Sequence record: LR597663
Source: Escherichia phage VpaE1_ev78
Reading direction: 5' to 3' (one strand)
DNA: 64,000 nucleotides
This document shows positions 32,377-42,217 of this stretch, piece after piece; the first letter of the stretch is position 1; every line of letters starts with the position of its first letter. The translations under genes and the position numbers were made by a program. The notes beneath the pieces are model-generated. The model was not told the origin of the DNA. It saw nothing but the letters and a program-made list of their open reading frames with translations, and did no database searches.

Positions 32377-33276
32377 TTACTTACCTACTGACAGAGGTGC
32401 TTCAATCTTCCCTGCATGTTGGTAGTTGTTAATTCCACCAATAAAGTCACTTGCAGTAAGATGTTTTAAGTCACTTAAAGTGTTAAGCTGTACACCAATC
32501 TCAAAAGTAGGTGCATGAAACTCTTCATTGTTCATCAGTTCATAGACCTGCTTCATATGGTTATGATAAATCTGAGTATCTCCAAAGACACCTATCAAGT
32601 ATCGTGGAGTGTATCCAGTCATCTTGCAAAGAACTTCCAGAATAAAACCATAAGATGCAATGTTAAACGGAAGTCCTAAAAAGGTGTCTACAGAACGTTG
32701 ATACCATTGTAAGTCAACTTCACCTTCGTTAGTGATATAAATCTGAAACAGAACATGACAAGGTGCTAAAGCCATTGAGTTAGCTGCAATATCTGCTGCA
32801 TTCCAAGCATTAACAAGCATGTAACGGTCTGTGATATCACCTTTCATCTTCGTTACTAAGGTCTCTAACTGGTCTACAACACAACCATTATGACCTTCAA
32901 AGTTTCTCCACTGAACCCCGTAGATTCTCCCACCTGCATCCTCTAACCAATCTTGTTCAGAAGAATAGTTAGAGCTTAACCAGCGTTTAAAATCATCTGA
33001 CCAGATAGTCCAGCGTTCCCCATCATTTTCACCCCAAGTACGGTAACGAAGTTCACCAAGCTTATTCTCACCGTTCAGGAACCATAAAGCTTCCCCAATA
33101 ACTTGCCTTGTAAACACCTGTTTAGATGTTAAGAGTGGGAAACCAGTACGCATATCAAAACGAAACTGTGGTGGAGCAAATGCAGAGATAACATCTCCAG
33201 TTCTTGTAGTACGCAGTTCACCAACGGATAAAACATGGTTCAGGATATTTTTGTAACTTGTATCTGCTTGTGACAT
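32377..33276 (-). CDS. thyA: thymidylate synthase
   Basis: Motifs MALAPCH..FQ.Y, QRS.D and GLPFNIASY match the ThyA active-site region. Confidence 0.85.
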   Translation of the reverse strand: MSQADTSYKNILNHVLSVGELRTTRTGDVISAFAPPQFRFDMRTGFPLLTSKQVFTRQVIGEALWFLNGENKLGELRYRTWGENDGERWTIWSDDFKRWLSSNYSSEQDWLEDAGGRIYGVQWRNFEGHNGCVVDQLETLVTKMKGDITDRYMLVNAWNAADIAANSMALAPCHVLFQIYITNEGEVDLQWYQRSVDTFLGLPFNIASYGFILEVLCKMTGYTPRYLIGVFGDTQIYHNHMKQVYELMNNEEFHAPTFEIGVQLNTLSDLKHLTASDFIGGINNYQHAGKIEAPLSVGK

Positions 33277-33277
33277 A

Positions 33278-33823
33278 TCAAAAGTGTCCTTTTACTTGTG
33301 GAACATAAATTTCAAAGGTTGCTTTACCATCCTCTGATGGTTTTGACTGTACCTTTGTAAATACACGGTTATCATACAGCTTCTCAAAGAAGTTTTCAAA
33401 AGGTAAATACACAGTGGCCTCTTCAGTAACTTTATGGAAAACTGTATGGAAAACTACACCAGCATACGGCAAAGCATTGACAAGAACACCTGCACCACCA
33501 ATTACAAAGACATCTTCATCAATAGAGCTATCAAGATACTTCAAAAATGCTCCAAAGGATTCTTTACTGGCCTTAGCATACATTACATCATCTTTGTCAA
33601 AGTCTATACCCAAATATGGAACAGAGTTCGTTAAGACGAGGTTTGTACGTTCTGGTAATGGTTTGCTACCCAGAGTCTTAAAAGTCTCATTACCCATTAC
33701 TACTAAGTTATCTTTAGTGAGTCTCTTAAACTCTTGCATATCCTGTTTATGTCGAGGCCACGGCATACCAGTTGGAGTACCAAACTCCCCATTTTCACCA
33801 CTTGCAAAGATTAATTTAATCAT
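33278..33823 (-). CDS. folA: dihydrofolate reductase
   Basis: N-terminal MIKLIFASGENGEFG...GMPWP and LVVMGNETF resemble DHFR; adjacent to thyA. Confidence 0.75.
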   Translation of the reverse strand: MIKLIFASGENGEFGTPTGMPWPRHKQDMQEFKRLTKDNLVVMGNETFKTLGSKPLPERTNLVLTNSVPYLGIDFDKDDVMYAKASKESFGAFLKYLDSSIDEDVFVIGGAGVLVNALPYAGVVFHTVFHKVTEEATVYLPFENFFEKLYDNRVFTKVQSKPSEDGKATFEIYVPQVKGHF

Positions 33824-34080
33824 TTTGTAAATCCTTTCTTAATGAACCAGTTGATAACACTCTTCACAGCTTTACTACGATGGTAGATAAAATGTGGAGA
33901 GGGTTGGTATGAACCATAAGCCCAGAAAGCGATAATTTCATTACACCCTGTGCATCGGGTACTTTCTTCAGCAATATGACCGTTGACTATTTCACTTACC
34001 TCACCTTGTAAGTCTGTACACCCGCAATGTGGACAACGGATAGGTGTTCCATCAGACTCATAGCAGTGTTCAATTTTCAT
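33820..34080 (-). CDS. small zinc-ribbon protein (CPHCGC...CTGCN)
   Basis: Two CxxC pairs; 86 aa. Confidence 0.5.
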   Translation of the reverse strand: MKIEHCYESDGTPIRCPHCGCTDLQGEVSEIVNGHIAEESTRCTGCNEIIAFWAYGSYQPSPHFIYHRSKAVKSVINWFIKKGFTK

Positions 34081-34596
34081 CTATTTAACCTCAAAAACTG
34101 GTTCAAGAACCAATATAAAGTCTACACAGTCATCTTCTTCATCCAGAATACCATCAAAGTTCTTAGGTACAAAGTCGAAGAGGCTCATAGAATATCGGTC
34201 AGAAGTAACCCTGATAGTGTTCCCTATATTCTCTACAGTTAATATTGTACGGCTTTCTGTTACCTCACTTAGAAGATTACTCACAAAGTCATCTAAGAAG
34301 TGTTTCATCAGTGACTTGAAGCCTTTAGGGTAATCTGTACCAGAGTATGTTTCAATCTGAGGAACAAGCTTAACATTTATACTAGTCTTTGTTAAGAACG
34401 TTTTAGAGAACATGCTATCAGGTAGCTTACAAACAGTCTTTCCAGTACCTTCATGTTCAATCTCAACAAAACCAGCTTCGTCGCCACATGTAACTATTTT
34501 AAAAGATGCTTCATTCTCATACTGTGAAGCCATAAACTTTTTAAGCATCTCTTTAAGGAAATCTGCATGAGCATCTTGTAAGTAGATATCAATCAT
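34081..34596 (-). CDS. hypothetical protein (171 aa)
   Basis: Coupled ORF in minus-strand cluster; no recognisable motif. Confidence 0.5.
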   Translation of the reverse strand: MIDIYLQDAHADFLKEMLKKFMASQYENEASFKIVTCGDEAGFVEIEHEGTGKTVCKLPDSMFSKTFLTKTSINVKLVPQIETYSGTDYPKGFKSLMKHFLDDFVSNLLSEVTESRTILTVENIGNTIRVTSDRYSMSLFDFVPKNFDGILDEEDDCVDFILVLEPVFEVK

Positions 34597-34609
34597 AGTT
34601 AATCACCTA

Positions 34610-34969
34610 TTATGGGAACAAACATTTAATGTCATCGTTTTTGAAAACGAAGCTTGTGTAGTTGTGACCGTCAACATCCAGCCAAACAGCTTGAACATCT
34701 ACACCATCAAGATTGTGGTAAAGCTCTTTGATGAAGTGGTCTTTCACAATCTGGCTGCTAGTTGTCTCCAGCTTAATGTTTGAGATTGCTGAACCTACAG
34801 CCATATAACCCATGACACGTTTCTTCTCAGTGTGCTTAATCTTACCATCTTTGTAAGCCATAATGAGATTGGAAAGAATCTTCACACCATAATACTTTTC
34901 AAGGTGAGTAGGTGCACCATAAAAGCCTAATGCAAAGTTTTCAGAGTGGATAATGTTTTCACGTTTCAT
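34610..34969 (-). CDS. hypothetical protein (119 aa)
   Basis: ORF in minus-strand cluster. Confidence 0.5.
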   Translation of the reverse strand: MKRENIIHSENFALGFYGAPTHLEKYYGVKILSNLIMAYKDGKIKHTEKKRVMGYMAVGSAISNIKLETTSSQIVKDHFIKELYHNLDGVDVQAVWLDVDGHNYTSFVFKNDDIKCLFP

Positions 34970-34970
34970 A

Positions 34971-35300
34971 TTAATCTGCCAGCCTTAAATTAAAATTAAC
35001 ACCAAATTTTTCGCATACTTCCAACATATACTCAAGGGAGACATTACCAGTGAGGTGGATTATGTTGGATACGCGAGCCTGAGAGATACCACAAATTTTA
35101 GCAACTTGCTCTTGAGAAAGACCTCTGGATTTAATCTCTCTCTTAAAACGATGTGCAACGAAATCTCTCATTTCGTCTACATCCATTGGACAAATATAAC
35201 TCTCCATTTCAGCCTCTCTGTCAGCCTCCCAATCATCTTGTGGAGCATAAGGGTCAAAAACCTCATTCATCTTTCTTCTTCCGTTTTCGTGAAGTGTCAA
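34971..35300 (-). CDS. helix-turn-helix DNA-binding protein (XRE/Cro-like)
   Basis: C-terminal HTH-like segment LSQEQVAKICGISQARVSNIIH. Confidence 0.55.
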   Translation of the reverse strand: MTLHENGRRKMNEVFDPYAPQDDWEADREAEMESYICPMDVDEMRDFVAHRFKREIKSRGLSQEQVAKICGISQARVSNIIHLTGNVSLEYMLEVCEKFGVNFNLRLAD

Positions 35301-35475
35301 TCAATGAATCTATGTTTGTAGCCCTAACCTTTTCACGTTCATCGTTAAGATAATCATCAAGAGCCTTTTCAATCTGTGAATCATCTTGACAGATAACTGT
35401 AAAGACTGTAAAGCCGTCTGTATCATCAATTATCTTACCATAACCGCTTCTGGGATGTAACTTTTTAAGAGCCAT
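35263..35475 (-). CDS. hypothetical small protein (70 aa)
   Basis: ORF overlapping neighbour; Lys-rich C-terminus. Confidence 0.3.
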   Translation of the reverse strand: MALKKLHPRSGYGKIIDDTDGFTVFTVICQDDSQIEKALDDYLNDEREKVRATNIDSLIDTSRKRKKKDE

Positions 35476-35476
35476 A

Positions 35477-35860
35477 TCAAATACCTGTGCAGCTTCTGTT
35501 TTCTAAGAAATACTCAACACCATACATAGCTTTTTGCATCAAATCTTCTTTAAACTGGATACGATGATTGAGCATAGCCTGTACATCAATATCATCAGGG
35601 TGCTTCTCTTTAATATTTGCAGATTGCAGGAAATACTCTGCAAGAACACGATACTGATAGTCAGTTACCTTATCAGTCATCTCTGTTAAAGACTCTTCAG
35701 AGATTGGTTTAAGTAGCTCACCATTAGCCAGAGCAACACCTTTAACAATCTGGCAAGTGTCTTCTGGAACTCCTGATAAATCCACATTTGGAAGTTCTGT
35801 TGCATTGACTGGTAAATTCATTGACATAACCATTGCAGCAGCTAATAAAATCTTTTTCAT
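35477..35860 (-). CDS. secreted protein with signal peptide (127 aa)
   Basis: N-terminal MKKILLAAAMVMSMNLPVNA signal-peptide-like sequence. Confidence 0.55.
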   Translation of the reverse strand: MKKILLAAAMVMSMNLPVNATELPNVDLSGVPEDTCQIVKGVALANGELLKPISEESLTEMTDKVTDYQYRVLAEYFLQSANIKEKHPDDIDVQAMLNHRIQFKEDLMQKAMYGVEYFLENRSCTGI

Positions 35861-36132
35861 AATGACCTCAAAGTTATATTAAATTTTGTATTACATTGAG
35901 TATAAAAATAAGCTATAACACCTGACTTGTCAACAGATTTTATAGCTTATTTGGCAGATTTTTTATAAGGCTACTGCCATCCTTCCATACCAGACCACAC
36001 CATGCCAAACCAGACTTCACATCACCTTACCGTGCAATACATTACTTAAAAACCCTCTTAAAAGACTCTTAAGTTATGCTGGTGAGTACCTGTTGGTTTA
36101 TGCTGCTCAGTATACTCACCAAATTTTCTATG

Positions 36133-36321
36133 TCAACAGCTTTCTAATAAAGTTTTATGAAGATTTTGCTTAACAACCCGCCTCACATGCCTGTGCTCTT
36201 TCTTAATAAAGAGTGACCTCTTCTTGACAGAGCGCCTATTCTTGTAGGTATCACTAGGATACTTATCATGAACCGGACAACAGCTACCCGGATTTGTAAA
36301 CTTGATAATCTCTCTTTTCAC
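36133..36321 (-). CDS. hypothetical small basic protein (62 aa)
   Basis: ORF coupled to ligase gene. Confidence 0.35.
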   Translation of the reverse strand: MKREIIKFTNPGSCCPVHDKYPSDTYKNRRSVKKRSLFIKKEHRHVRRVVKQNLHKTLLESC

Positions 36322-37424
36322 TATTCATAATCCCTAATAACTAGCCCAACAGGGAACTGTAAAGAACCCTTACGAGTCATCTTCTGGAACTGAACCGTTA
36401 AAGGCTTCCCGATAAACTCTTCAGGATGTTCAGCAAGATACTGTTTCTTCTCATGAGTAGTCTTCCATGAGACATCTACAAAGACGTTAGGAAGAGTCTC
36501 TACAACGAACTTGCCATGACCGCGTTTATCGGTCTTTACACCAGTCACTTTAAACTCTTCAGTGTGCATCTTCTTGTGTTTAATCAAGAAGTAAGAACGG
36601 TGACAACACTCATAGAAGGAGTCTTCAGAGATTGAACGGTACATTGCACCTTCAAACTTAGCTTCAACCCACTTATCATGAGCTTCATCAAACTCTTCCC
36701 AAGAATTTACACGACGAGATTTGACAGGAACAACTTTACAGCCATCTCTGAAGTCATTCAATGGTGAAGTCTCAATAATATCTCTACGCTCAGGCCACGT
36801 CTTAGTGCTGTCACAAATATCATACCAGTAAAACTTGAGTAGGCGACGGTCAGGATTGTCTTCATTTTTAATCATAGAGACAATATCTTCTAAATCCCAC
36901 CCATGAGCATAAATCTCACCATCAAACTCATCAACATCTTTGTGGAGCCTTAACATTGCCATAATGTCAGGTATTAGCTCAGTAGGGATTTTATAAACAG
37001 TATTCTCACGAGAGTATGCTGTAAATACACTACCAATGCTTAAGTGTCTTGAAATTCTACAACGGACACCATCAAGTTTTGGTTGAGCATCAGCAGGAAA
37101 TATCAAATACTTTGCATGACTAACCTTTGCAGCATCATGAGCAAGCTGTACACCTACCTTCTCAGTATTCTGTGCAGACTCTTTTGTGTAAGCATAACCT
37201 TTGCGGTCAACTTGCTTTTTATACTTAGCAGCAACTTCAAAGAGGGCTTGCTGTTCAGCGTTACGCTCATTCTTTTTACCGATGTTTTTAGGTTCTGCTG
37301 TATACTCTTCAAACATCATCTTGCCATTTTCTTTACCGTAGGTTGTAATAACTTTGTCACCTACAGCAACGCATGACCAGACGTTGAAGGAACCATCTTT
37401 ATTTTGTTTGTACAGAATTGTCAT
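36321..37424 (-). CDS. ATP-dependent DNA ligase (nucleotidyltransferase motif I KxDGxR)
   Basis: Motif PKLDGVRC; start trimmed to ATG preceded by AGAGG RBS (MTILYKQ...). Confidence 0.7.
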   Translation of the reverse strand: MTILYKQNKDGSFNVWSCVAVGDKVITTYGKENGKMMFEEYTAEPKNIGKKNERNAEQQALFEVAAKYKKQVDRKGYAYTKESAQNTEKVGVQLAHDAAKVSHAKYLIFPADAQPKLDGVRCRISRHLSIGSVFTAYSRENTVYKIPTELIPDIMAMLRLHKDVDEFDGEIYAHGWDLEDIVSMIKNEDNPDRRLLKFYWYDICDSTKTWPERRDIIETSPLNDFRDGCKVVPVKSRRVNSWEEFDEAHDKWVEAKFEGAMYRSISEDSFYECCHRSYFLIKHKKMHTEEFKVTGVKTDKRGHGKFVVETLPNVFVDVSWKTTHEKKQYLAEHPEEFIGKPLTVQFQKMTRKGSLQFPVGLVIRDYE

Positions 37425-37617
37425 TTTTAACCTCTGAGTGATACCAAGTCTTGCAAGCATTACATGCGTAAAGCTCTAAGTCATTTTTATCTGGTTTATG
37501 GAAACAGTTTGACCCACAACGACACCGGAATAGTTTACCATCAACACGAAGAATGAATGTTTCAAGCTCACCATCTTCTGTAAGAACTGCGTTCTTAAAT
37601 TTATCTTCTACAGTCAT
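37399..37617 (-). CDS. small zinc-finger protein (72 aa)
   Basis: CRCGSNC...CNAC cysteine pairs. Confidence 0.45.
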   Translation of the reverse strand: MTVEDKFKNAVLTEDGELETFILRVDGKLFRCRCGSNCFHKPDKNDLELYACNACKTWYHSEVKNDNSVQTK

Positions 37618-37919
37618 TTTCTCTTACCGCCAATCTCTACGTCAATAACTTGAACATCACCAGCAACATCAAACTTATGAATGATGCTTTCCACAGTGTA
37701 AGTCCAACCATCAATGCGAACCAGCTCACCTTCTCGTGGAACTATTGGATTACGTTGAGCTACGGTTGTAGTGGAGTGAACAACATCATAACAGTAGATA
37801 TAGTTTACTAGGACTTCCATCGTGAAAACCTCACTCAATAACCGTAGTATGTGATTGCCCATTTTTGCCATAGCTATAAGATGTTGTTGTTTGAGAGTTT
37901 GGGCATCTGACAACAACAA
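37614..37919 (-). CDS. hypothetical protein (101 aa)
   Basis: Coupled ORF. Confidence 0.4.
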   Translation of the reverse strand: MLLSDAQTLKQQHLIAMAKMGNHILRLLSEVFTMEVLVNYIYCYDVVHSTTTVAQRNPIVPREGELVRIDGWTYTVESIIHKFDVAGDVQVIDVEIGGKRK

Positions 37920-38067
37920 TATCTCTACTTATAGCATCACCATGTAACTTGTATACTCTGCAATCTTGCATCTCTGGTGGGAGGCTGTAAGAAGCATTTT
38001 TATCTTCATAAGAAGGGTTGCAGCCAGATAGAAAAATAACACCAAGCGCAATTACTGCTTTCCACAT
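37831..38067 (-). CDS. putative lipoprotein (lipobox LSGC)
   Basis: Signal peptide MWKAVIALGVIFLSGC after trimming to internal ATG. Confidence 0.45.
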   Translation of the reverse strand: MWKAVIALGVIFLSGCNPSYEDKNASYSLPPEMQDCRVYKLHGDAISRDIVVVRCPNSQTTTSYSYGKNGQSHTTVIE

Positions 38068-38080
38068 AACACTTCTCCTA

Positions 38081-38323
38081 TTACTGTTCACGATGTTCTA
38101 CTTCTCTGTATGTACGTCGGTAGTTTATGATAAGAGGTGCTAATTCATTGCTTTTAACATTTGAACGTAACAGTTGCCAATCAAAACCTTTACCGACTCT
38201 TCCATACAAACTAAATAATTTTACTTTGCGTTTCATTTTGGTATACCAATACTCAGAGGTCAATATTAATACGTTCGCCCTTAAGGACTCCTGTACGGTC
38301 TCTTGCAATCTTGCCGTCAACAA
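38081..38323 (-). CDS. hypothetical protein (80 aa)
   Basis: ORF in minus-strand cluster. Confidence 0.35.
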   Translation of the reverse strand: MLTARLQETVQESLRANVLILTSEYWYTKMKRKVKLFSLYGRVGKGFDWQLLRSNVKSNELAPLIINYRRTYREVEHREQ

Positions 38324-38480
38324 TAAGGATATGTGCAGCCCTTAAAGAGTCACCATTAAAAGCTTTTACGAACTTACTAGGCATCACTACAATGGACATC
38401 TCCTGAATCAACTCTGGAGTATAGCAATTGTCGTGAAGTTGCTGAATAACGTCTGCAAGTGTCATTTTTGATGTCTCCAA
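38253..38480 (-). CDS. hypothetical protein (75 aa)
   Basis: ORF in minus-strand cluster; overlaps neighbour. Confidence 0.35.
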   Translation of the reverse strand: METSKMTLADVIQQLHDNCYTPELIQEMSIVVMPSKFVKAFNGDSLRAAHILIVDGKIARDRTGVLKGERINIDL

Positions 38481-38671
38481 TACTCAATGTCAATAAGTTC
38501 TTGTGCAATGCTTTTCAGATTACCTTTCAAGAAAACCTTCTCAGAACCTGAAATAGATGAATTGTCAATTAACCTGTTCATCCTCTCAAACAACTTCTGC
38601 TTACGATTCTTGATAGTCTCCTTTGAAGCACCTTTCATCATTGCTGCATGGGTTCTTCCACGATGGCTCAT
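38462..38671 (-). CDS. hypothetical basic protein (69 aa)
   Basis: ORF in minus-strand cluster. Confidence 0.35.
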   Translation of the reverse strand: MSHRGRTHAAMMKGASKETIKNRKQKLFERMNRLIDNSSISGSEKVFLKGNLKSIAQELIDIEYWRHQK

Positions 38672-38722
38672 AAGCCCTCCTATATAAGATATAGTATAAG
38701 GTACTCTTCCCTGAGCACCTTG

Positions 38723-39250
38723 TCAACTTAGTTTTGCAAACTCTCCGTGGAGTTTAGTAGCAGCTTCACAGTAAGCTTTATGGGCTTCTTCAGGTGTGTC
38801 ATAGTATCCTAATGACATCTTTTTACCTTTATAGCTTATTTGCGCAACCCACCTACCAGACTTCTTCTTCAGGCTTACACCCTTATAGCCTGATTTATTG
38901 GTGGATAGTTTGCTTTTATTCCAAGCACTTTGGTAGTCATCTGCTTCTCTTAAGTTTGCAATCCTGTTATCAAGGGAGTCCCCGTTAATATGGTCAATAA
39001 CACCTTTCGGTAACCTGCCATACACGTACAGCCATGCGAGTCTGTGCGCTTTATGTGCTTTCTTGTCAAAATAGATAGTAATCTGCTTATGACCAGTTGA
39101 GTCAATCTGAATGCTCCCCGCTACCTGTCCTGCGTGCTGACTATTAAAAACTTTAACAGCCTTTGAGTCACCCTCTCTACGAAGCCAAGTAAAGACCCCT
39201 GTTTCGGGGTCATAGTGTAGTAGTTCCTTTAAACGTTCTTGTGTAATCAT
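38723..39250 (-). CDS. HNH homing endonuclease with AP2 DNA-binding domain
   Basis: HNH-like GVIDHINGDSLDNRIANL followed by AP2-like GYKGVS...GRWVAQISYKGKKMSLGYYDTPEEAHKAY. Confidence 0.75.
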   Translation of the reverse strand: MITQERLKELLHYDPETGVFTWLRREGDSKAVKVFNSQHAGQVAGSIQIDSTGHKQITIYFDKKAHKAHRLAWLYVYGRLPKGVIDHINGDSLDNRIANLREADDYQSAWNKSKLSTNKSGYKGVSLKKKSGRWVAQISYKGKKMSLGYYDTPEEAHKAYCEAATKLHGEFAKLS

Positions 39251-39260
39251 TTTGTCACCA

Positions 39261-41960
39261 TTAATGCACTTCCAACCACGATTTACCAACCTTACCAGTA
39301 CCAGTTACCAGTGTTTCACTCTTTAGTCCTAAGTTCTTAGAGGCTTGCCCGTAATACCAATCAGTGACAGCTTTCACCTCTGCCGTCATACTTTCTGGGC
39401 ATTCCCAACTCGTCTCGTCGTGATAGGAGCACAATAAACGAGCACCTATAGCTGGTTTGCGACCGTTCAACTTCATCAAACCTTCGTCAATCATACGACG
39501 GCAAGCAAGGTTAATTGCCTCGTTCTGAATCTGACTTTCCGAACCCATGAGCAAATAATTCAATAGCTTATGCGGAGATTTACACCACAACCAAGCTCCA
39601 GCAACCTTTACAAAACCCCCTTTAGAGATTGCAGCAGTCTTACCAAACACCTCTTCAAGTGCCTTTTTAGTTGCTTTGTAGTCAGCTTCCAAGTCATCTA
39701 GTAGCTTCTTAATTTTAGGCAAACGAATAAAGTAAGTTTGTTTAGTCAGTGCACCTTCCTGAGTAGTTGCAGCTTTAATCGTCTTAGCAAACTTCTCATC
39801 CCCTGCACCGAACAGCAGTGCATAGATACCATTCTTAGCTTTCTTACGGCCTTTGCTAATCTCATGAAGAAGGTTCTCATCCTGAGTAGCTCGACAAGTC
39901 AAGATGTCCTGCTCATCATTCAAGCTAAAGTAAATACTGTTCAGTGTATGTGCATCAGTCCCTGAATAGACAACGTACAGGTCATTCTCAGAGTCATAGC
40001 GAAGGTACTTATCAATCTCTGGGTTGAGGTACTCATCAAAATGTTTGCAGTAATAGCGTCCATCTTCTTGACGAATGAACTCAATCTCTTCTTTACCTTG
40101 CGTTACCGCTTTGGTGAAGTCTTTATCGCCCATAAAGTTACAAAGAAGAACTAGCTGGGCTGAGTTCATATCTACAGAGACAACGTTAGTACCTTCCTCA
40201 CAAATCCACACTGCCCTCATTGGTTCTCCATAGACAGCAGCACCAGACGGTACGTTTACAATACCATACTGTGTCATACGTCCAGTTGAAGTACCAAACA
40301 CCATTGCACCAGCACTAAGGCGACCATCAGGACGAATCTGGTTCAACCAACCTTTTTCATCATCCTTTGAGTTCTCAATAGTTCTGCGTCTGTGCATCAA
40401 AGTATAGTACTTAGCAATCTTCTGTCCAAGCTCACCTTCAATCGTATCATAAGATGATTCCGTAAGTTTTGGTGAAGTACGGATTAAGCAAGGTTCAAGC
40501 AAATCTGTGTACTTCTTCACAGACCAGTTATGCTCGATGTACTGGACGCCTTCATGCTCGACATAACTCAAACCACACCGTTCAACCATCTCCTGCCACT
40601 TAGGATGCTTTGTAATCATCTTTTTGTTGTCTTTGAAACGACAAACTTTGACAGGGCGACCATCTGAGTCTTTCTTGTAGTTCCAGTCATCTGGAATCCA
40701 ACCAACTGATTTCAAGTAGTCTTTAACAACTGCTACCTGAGTCATACGAGAAACTTCAAACTCAATTGGTGTATATGGTGCATCAATCAATCCTGTGTAG
40801 CGACTTGAATCCAGTTCAAAGTGGTTAACAACATGGCTGTTATAGTACTTCACAGTCTTAACTGTCTTCACTGGCTTCCAGTCTTTGCATTTCTTACCAA
40901 TCTTTGCATTCAACTCGTTGCAAATTGCACGAGCATCCTTCATTGCTACAAAACCTTCCTTGTACTCTTCACCAGTTACAGAGTTGGTTGGTGTATAGCA
41001 ATTTCTCTTTTCAATGTTAAAAATCTTTGTAGTTGGCTTACCAAATGGCTTGATTTCATATGTCTGCATCTCACCGTTACGTACCTGCTGACGGTACTTC
41101 GTCTTAGGGTACTTGGTAATTCTCTTCAGTCCATCTGCATGACCGAACGCTTCAACATACTCATTCCAAGCTTTTGCAAACTCTTCTCCAGTAACTTTAC
41201 CTTTAGTCTTAATAGTTGGAGGAAGATGTGGTTCAACTTCTGAAGCAAGCTCATTAGTCAACTTGTCAAGTTCCTTCACATGGAACTCCATAAGCTCTTT
41301 ATCAGCTTTCCAACCATTGATAGCTTGTTGACTCATCCAGAAAGATGTTTCTTTAGCTCGCATATAGGTTTCATAAGTGTCTATACCACACTTCTTTAAC
41401 TTCAGGTATTCATTATCCAGTGCACGTTTAGTTTTGGCGTTAATACGGATATCTTCTACAACACGAGTGAAGATTTCTGCATTCCACACACCCCAATGTT
41501 CAATCTCTGGTTTACGTACACCAACACGAGCACCCCATGCTGCCAAGCCATGAGCACCTTTATAGCCTTTTGGAGTTGGTCTATCCATCCACTGAACACG
41601 AGATTGGATAAGAGAATCCTGAAAGAAATTACTCCACGGCTTACACTTTGGATTATCAAAGTTCCATAAATCAGGTGCAATGTGATTGAAAACCCACCAG
41701 TCATAACCCAGACCATTATGGATGCAAAGTCGTTTCGCCTTTAATGCAAACTCAATACCTTCACGCAAACCACCCTTAATGTACTTGGTGTACTTGTGAC
41801 CGAGGATAGGCTCATCTGTAAAAACCCATACAGGTGGCTCTTCATCATCAGATTTATAGTCTGCGAAAGCCATTACGTGCACTTTAGTGAACTCAAGGAG
41901 TAAACCATCAGTTTCTGTATCACCAACTAAATGTAAGTTTTTAAAATCTACGTTTTCCAT
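39261..41960 (-). CDS. family A DNA polymerase with 3-5 exonuclease domain
   Basis: Exo I motif GDTETDG, motif B-like KNGIYALLFGAG, motif C CSYHDE; start trimmed to ATG after GAGGGAG RBS. Confidence 0.85.
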   Translation of the reverse strand: MENVDFKNLHLVGDTETDGLLLEFTKVHVMAFADYKSDDEEPPVWVFTDEPILGHKYTKYIKGGLREGIEFALKAKRLCIHNGLGYDWWVFNHIAPDLWNFDNPKCKPWSNFFQDSLIQSRVQWMDRPTPKGYKGAHGLAAWGARVGVRKPEIEHWGVWNAEIFTRVVEDIRINAKTKRALDNEYLKLKKCGIDTYETYMRAKETSFWMSQQAINGWKADKELMEFHVKELDKLTNELASEVEPHLPPTIKTKGKVTGEEFAKAWNEYVEAFGHADGLKRITKYPKTKYRQQVRNGEMQTYEIKPFGKPTTKIFNIEKRNCYTPTNSVTGEEYKEGFVAMKDARAICNELNAKIGKKCKDWKPVKTVKTVKYYNSHVVNHFELDSSRYTGLIDAPYTPIEFEVSRMTQVAVVKDYLKSVGWIPDDWNYKKDSDGRPVKVCRFKDNKKMITKHPKWQEMVERCGLSYVEHEGVQYIEHNWSVKKYTDLLEPCLIRTSPKLTESSYDTIEGELGQKIAKYYTLMHRRRTIENSKDDEKGWLNQIRPDGRLSAGAMVFGTSTGRMTQYGIVNVPSGAAVYGEPMRAVWICEEGTNVVSVDMNSAQLVLLCNFMGDKDFTKAVTQGKEEIEFIRQEDGRYYCKHFDEYLNPEIDKYLRYDSENDLYVVYSGTDAHTLNSIYFSLNDEQDILTCRATQDENLLHEISKGRKKAKNGIYALLFGAGDEKFAKTIKAATTQEGALTKQTYFIRLPKIKKLLDDLEADYKATKKALEEVFGKTAAISKGGFVKVAGAWLWCKSPHKLLNYLLMGSESQIQNEAINLACRRMIDEGLMKLNGRKPAIGARLLCSYHDETSWECPESMTAEVKAVTDWYYGQASKNLGLKSETLVTGTGKVGKSWLEVH

Positions 41961-42017
41961 TTTTACTCCCTCTAAAATCATTAACCTCATACATTACTGC
42001 AAAAAATTATAAAAAGC

Positions 42018-42048
42018 AAGTTGACAATGTACTTGACAAGGTGTTAAT
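42018..42048 (+). promoter_or_regulatory. promoter-like element GTTGACAATGTACTTGACAAGGTGT (second copy of element at about 530)
   Basis: 27 of 28 nt identical to the copy near 531-556; sits in AT-rich divergent intergenic region. Confidence 0.5.
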
Positions 42049-42217
42049 CTTTGCGAAGTGGGTTTTTACTTAAAAGGTTACTTAACAGTTTAACTATACA
42101 GATACTTTAAAACTCTTAAAAGATTATTTAATAGCTTTTAAAAAGCTTTAAAGTATAACGTATAGAATACGTTAAGATAAAAGATTAGAACTTAATAGTT
42201 ACTTAAAAGAGGCTTAC

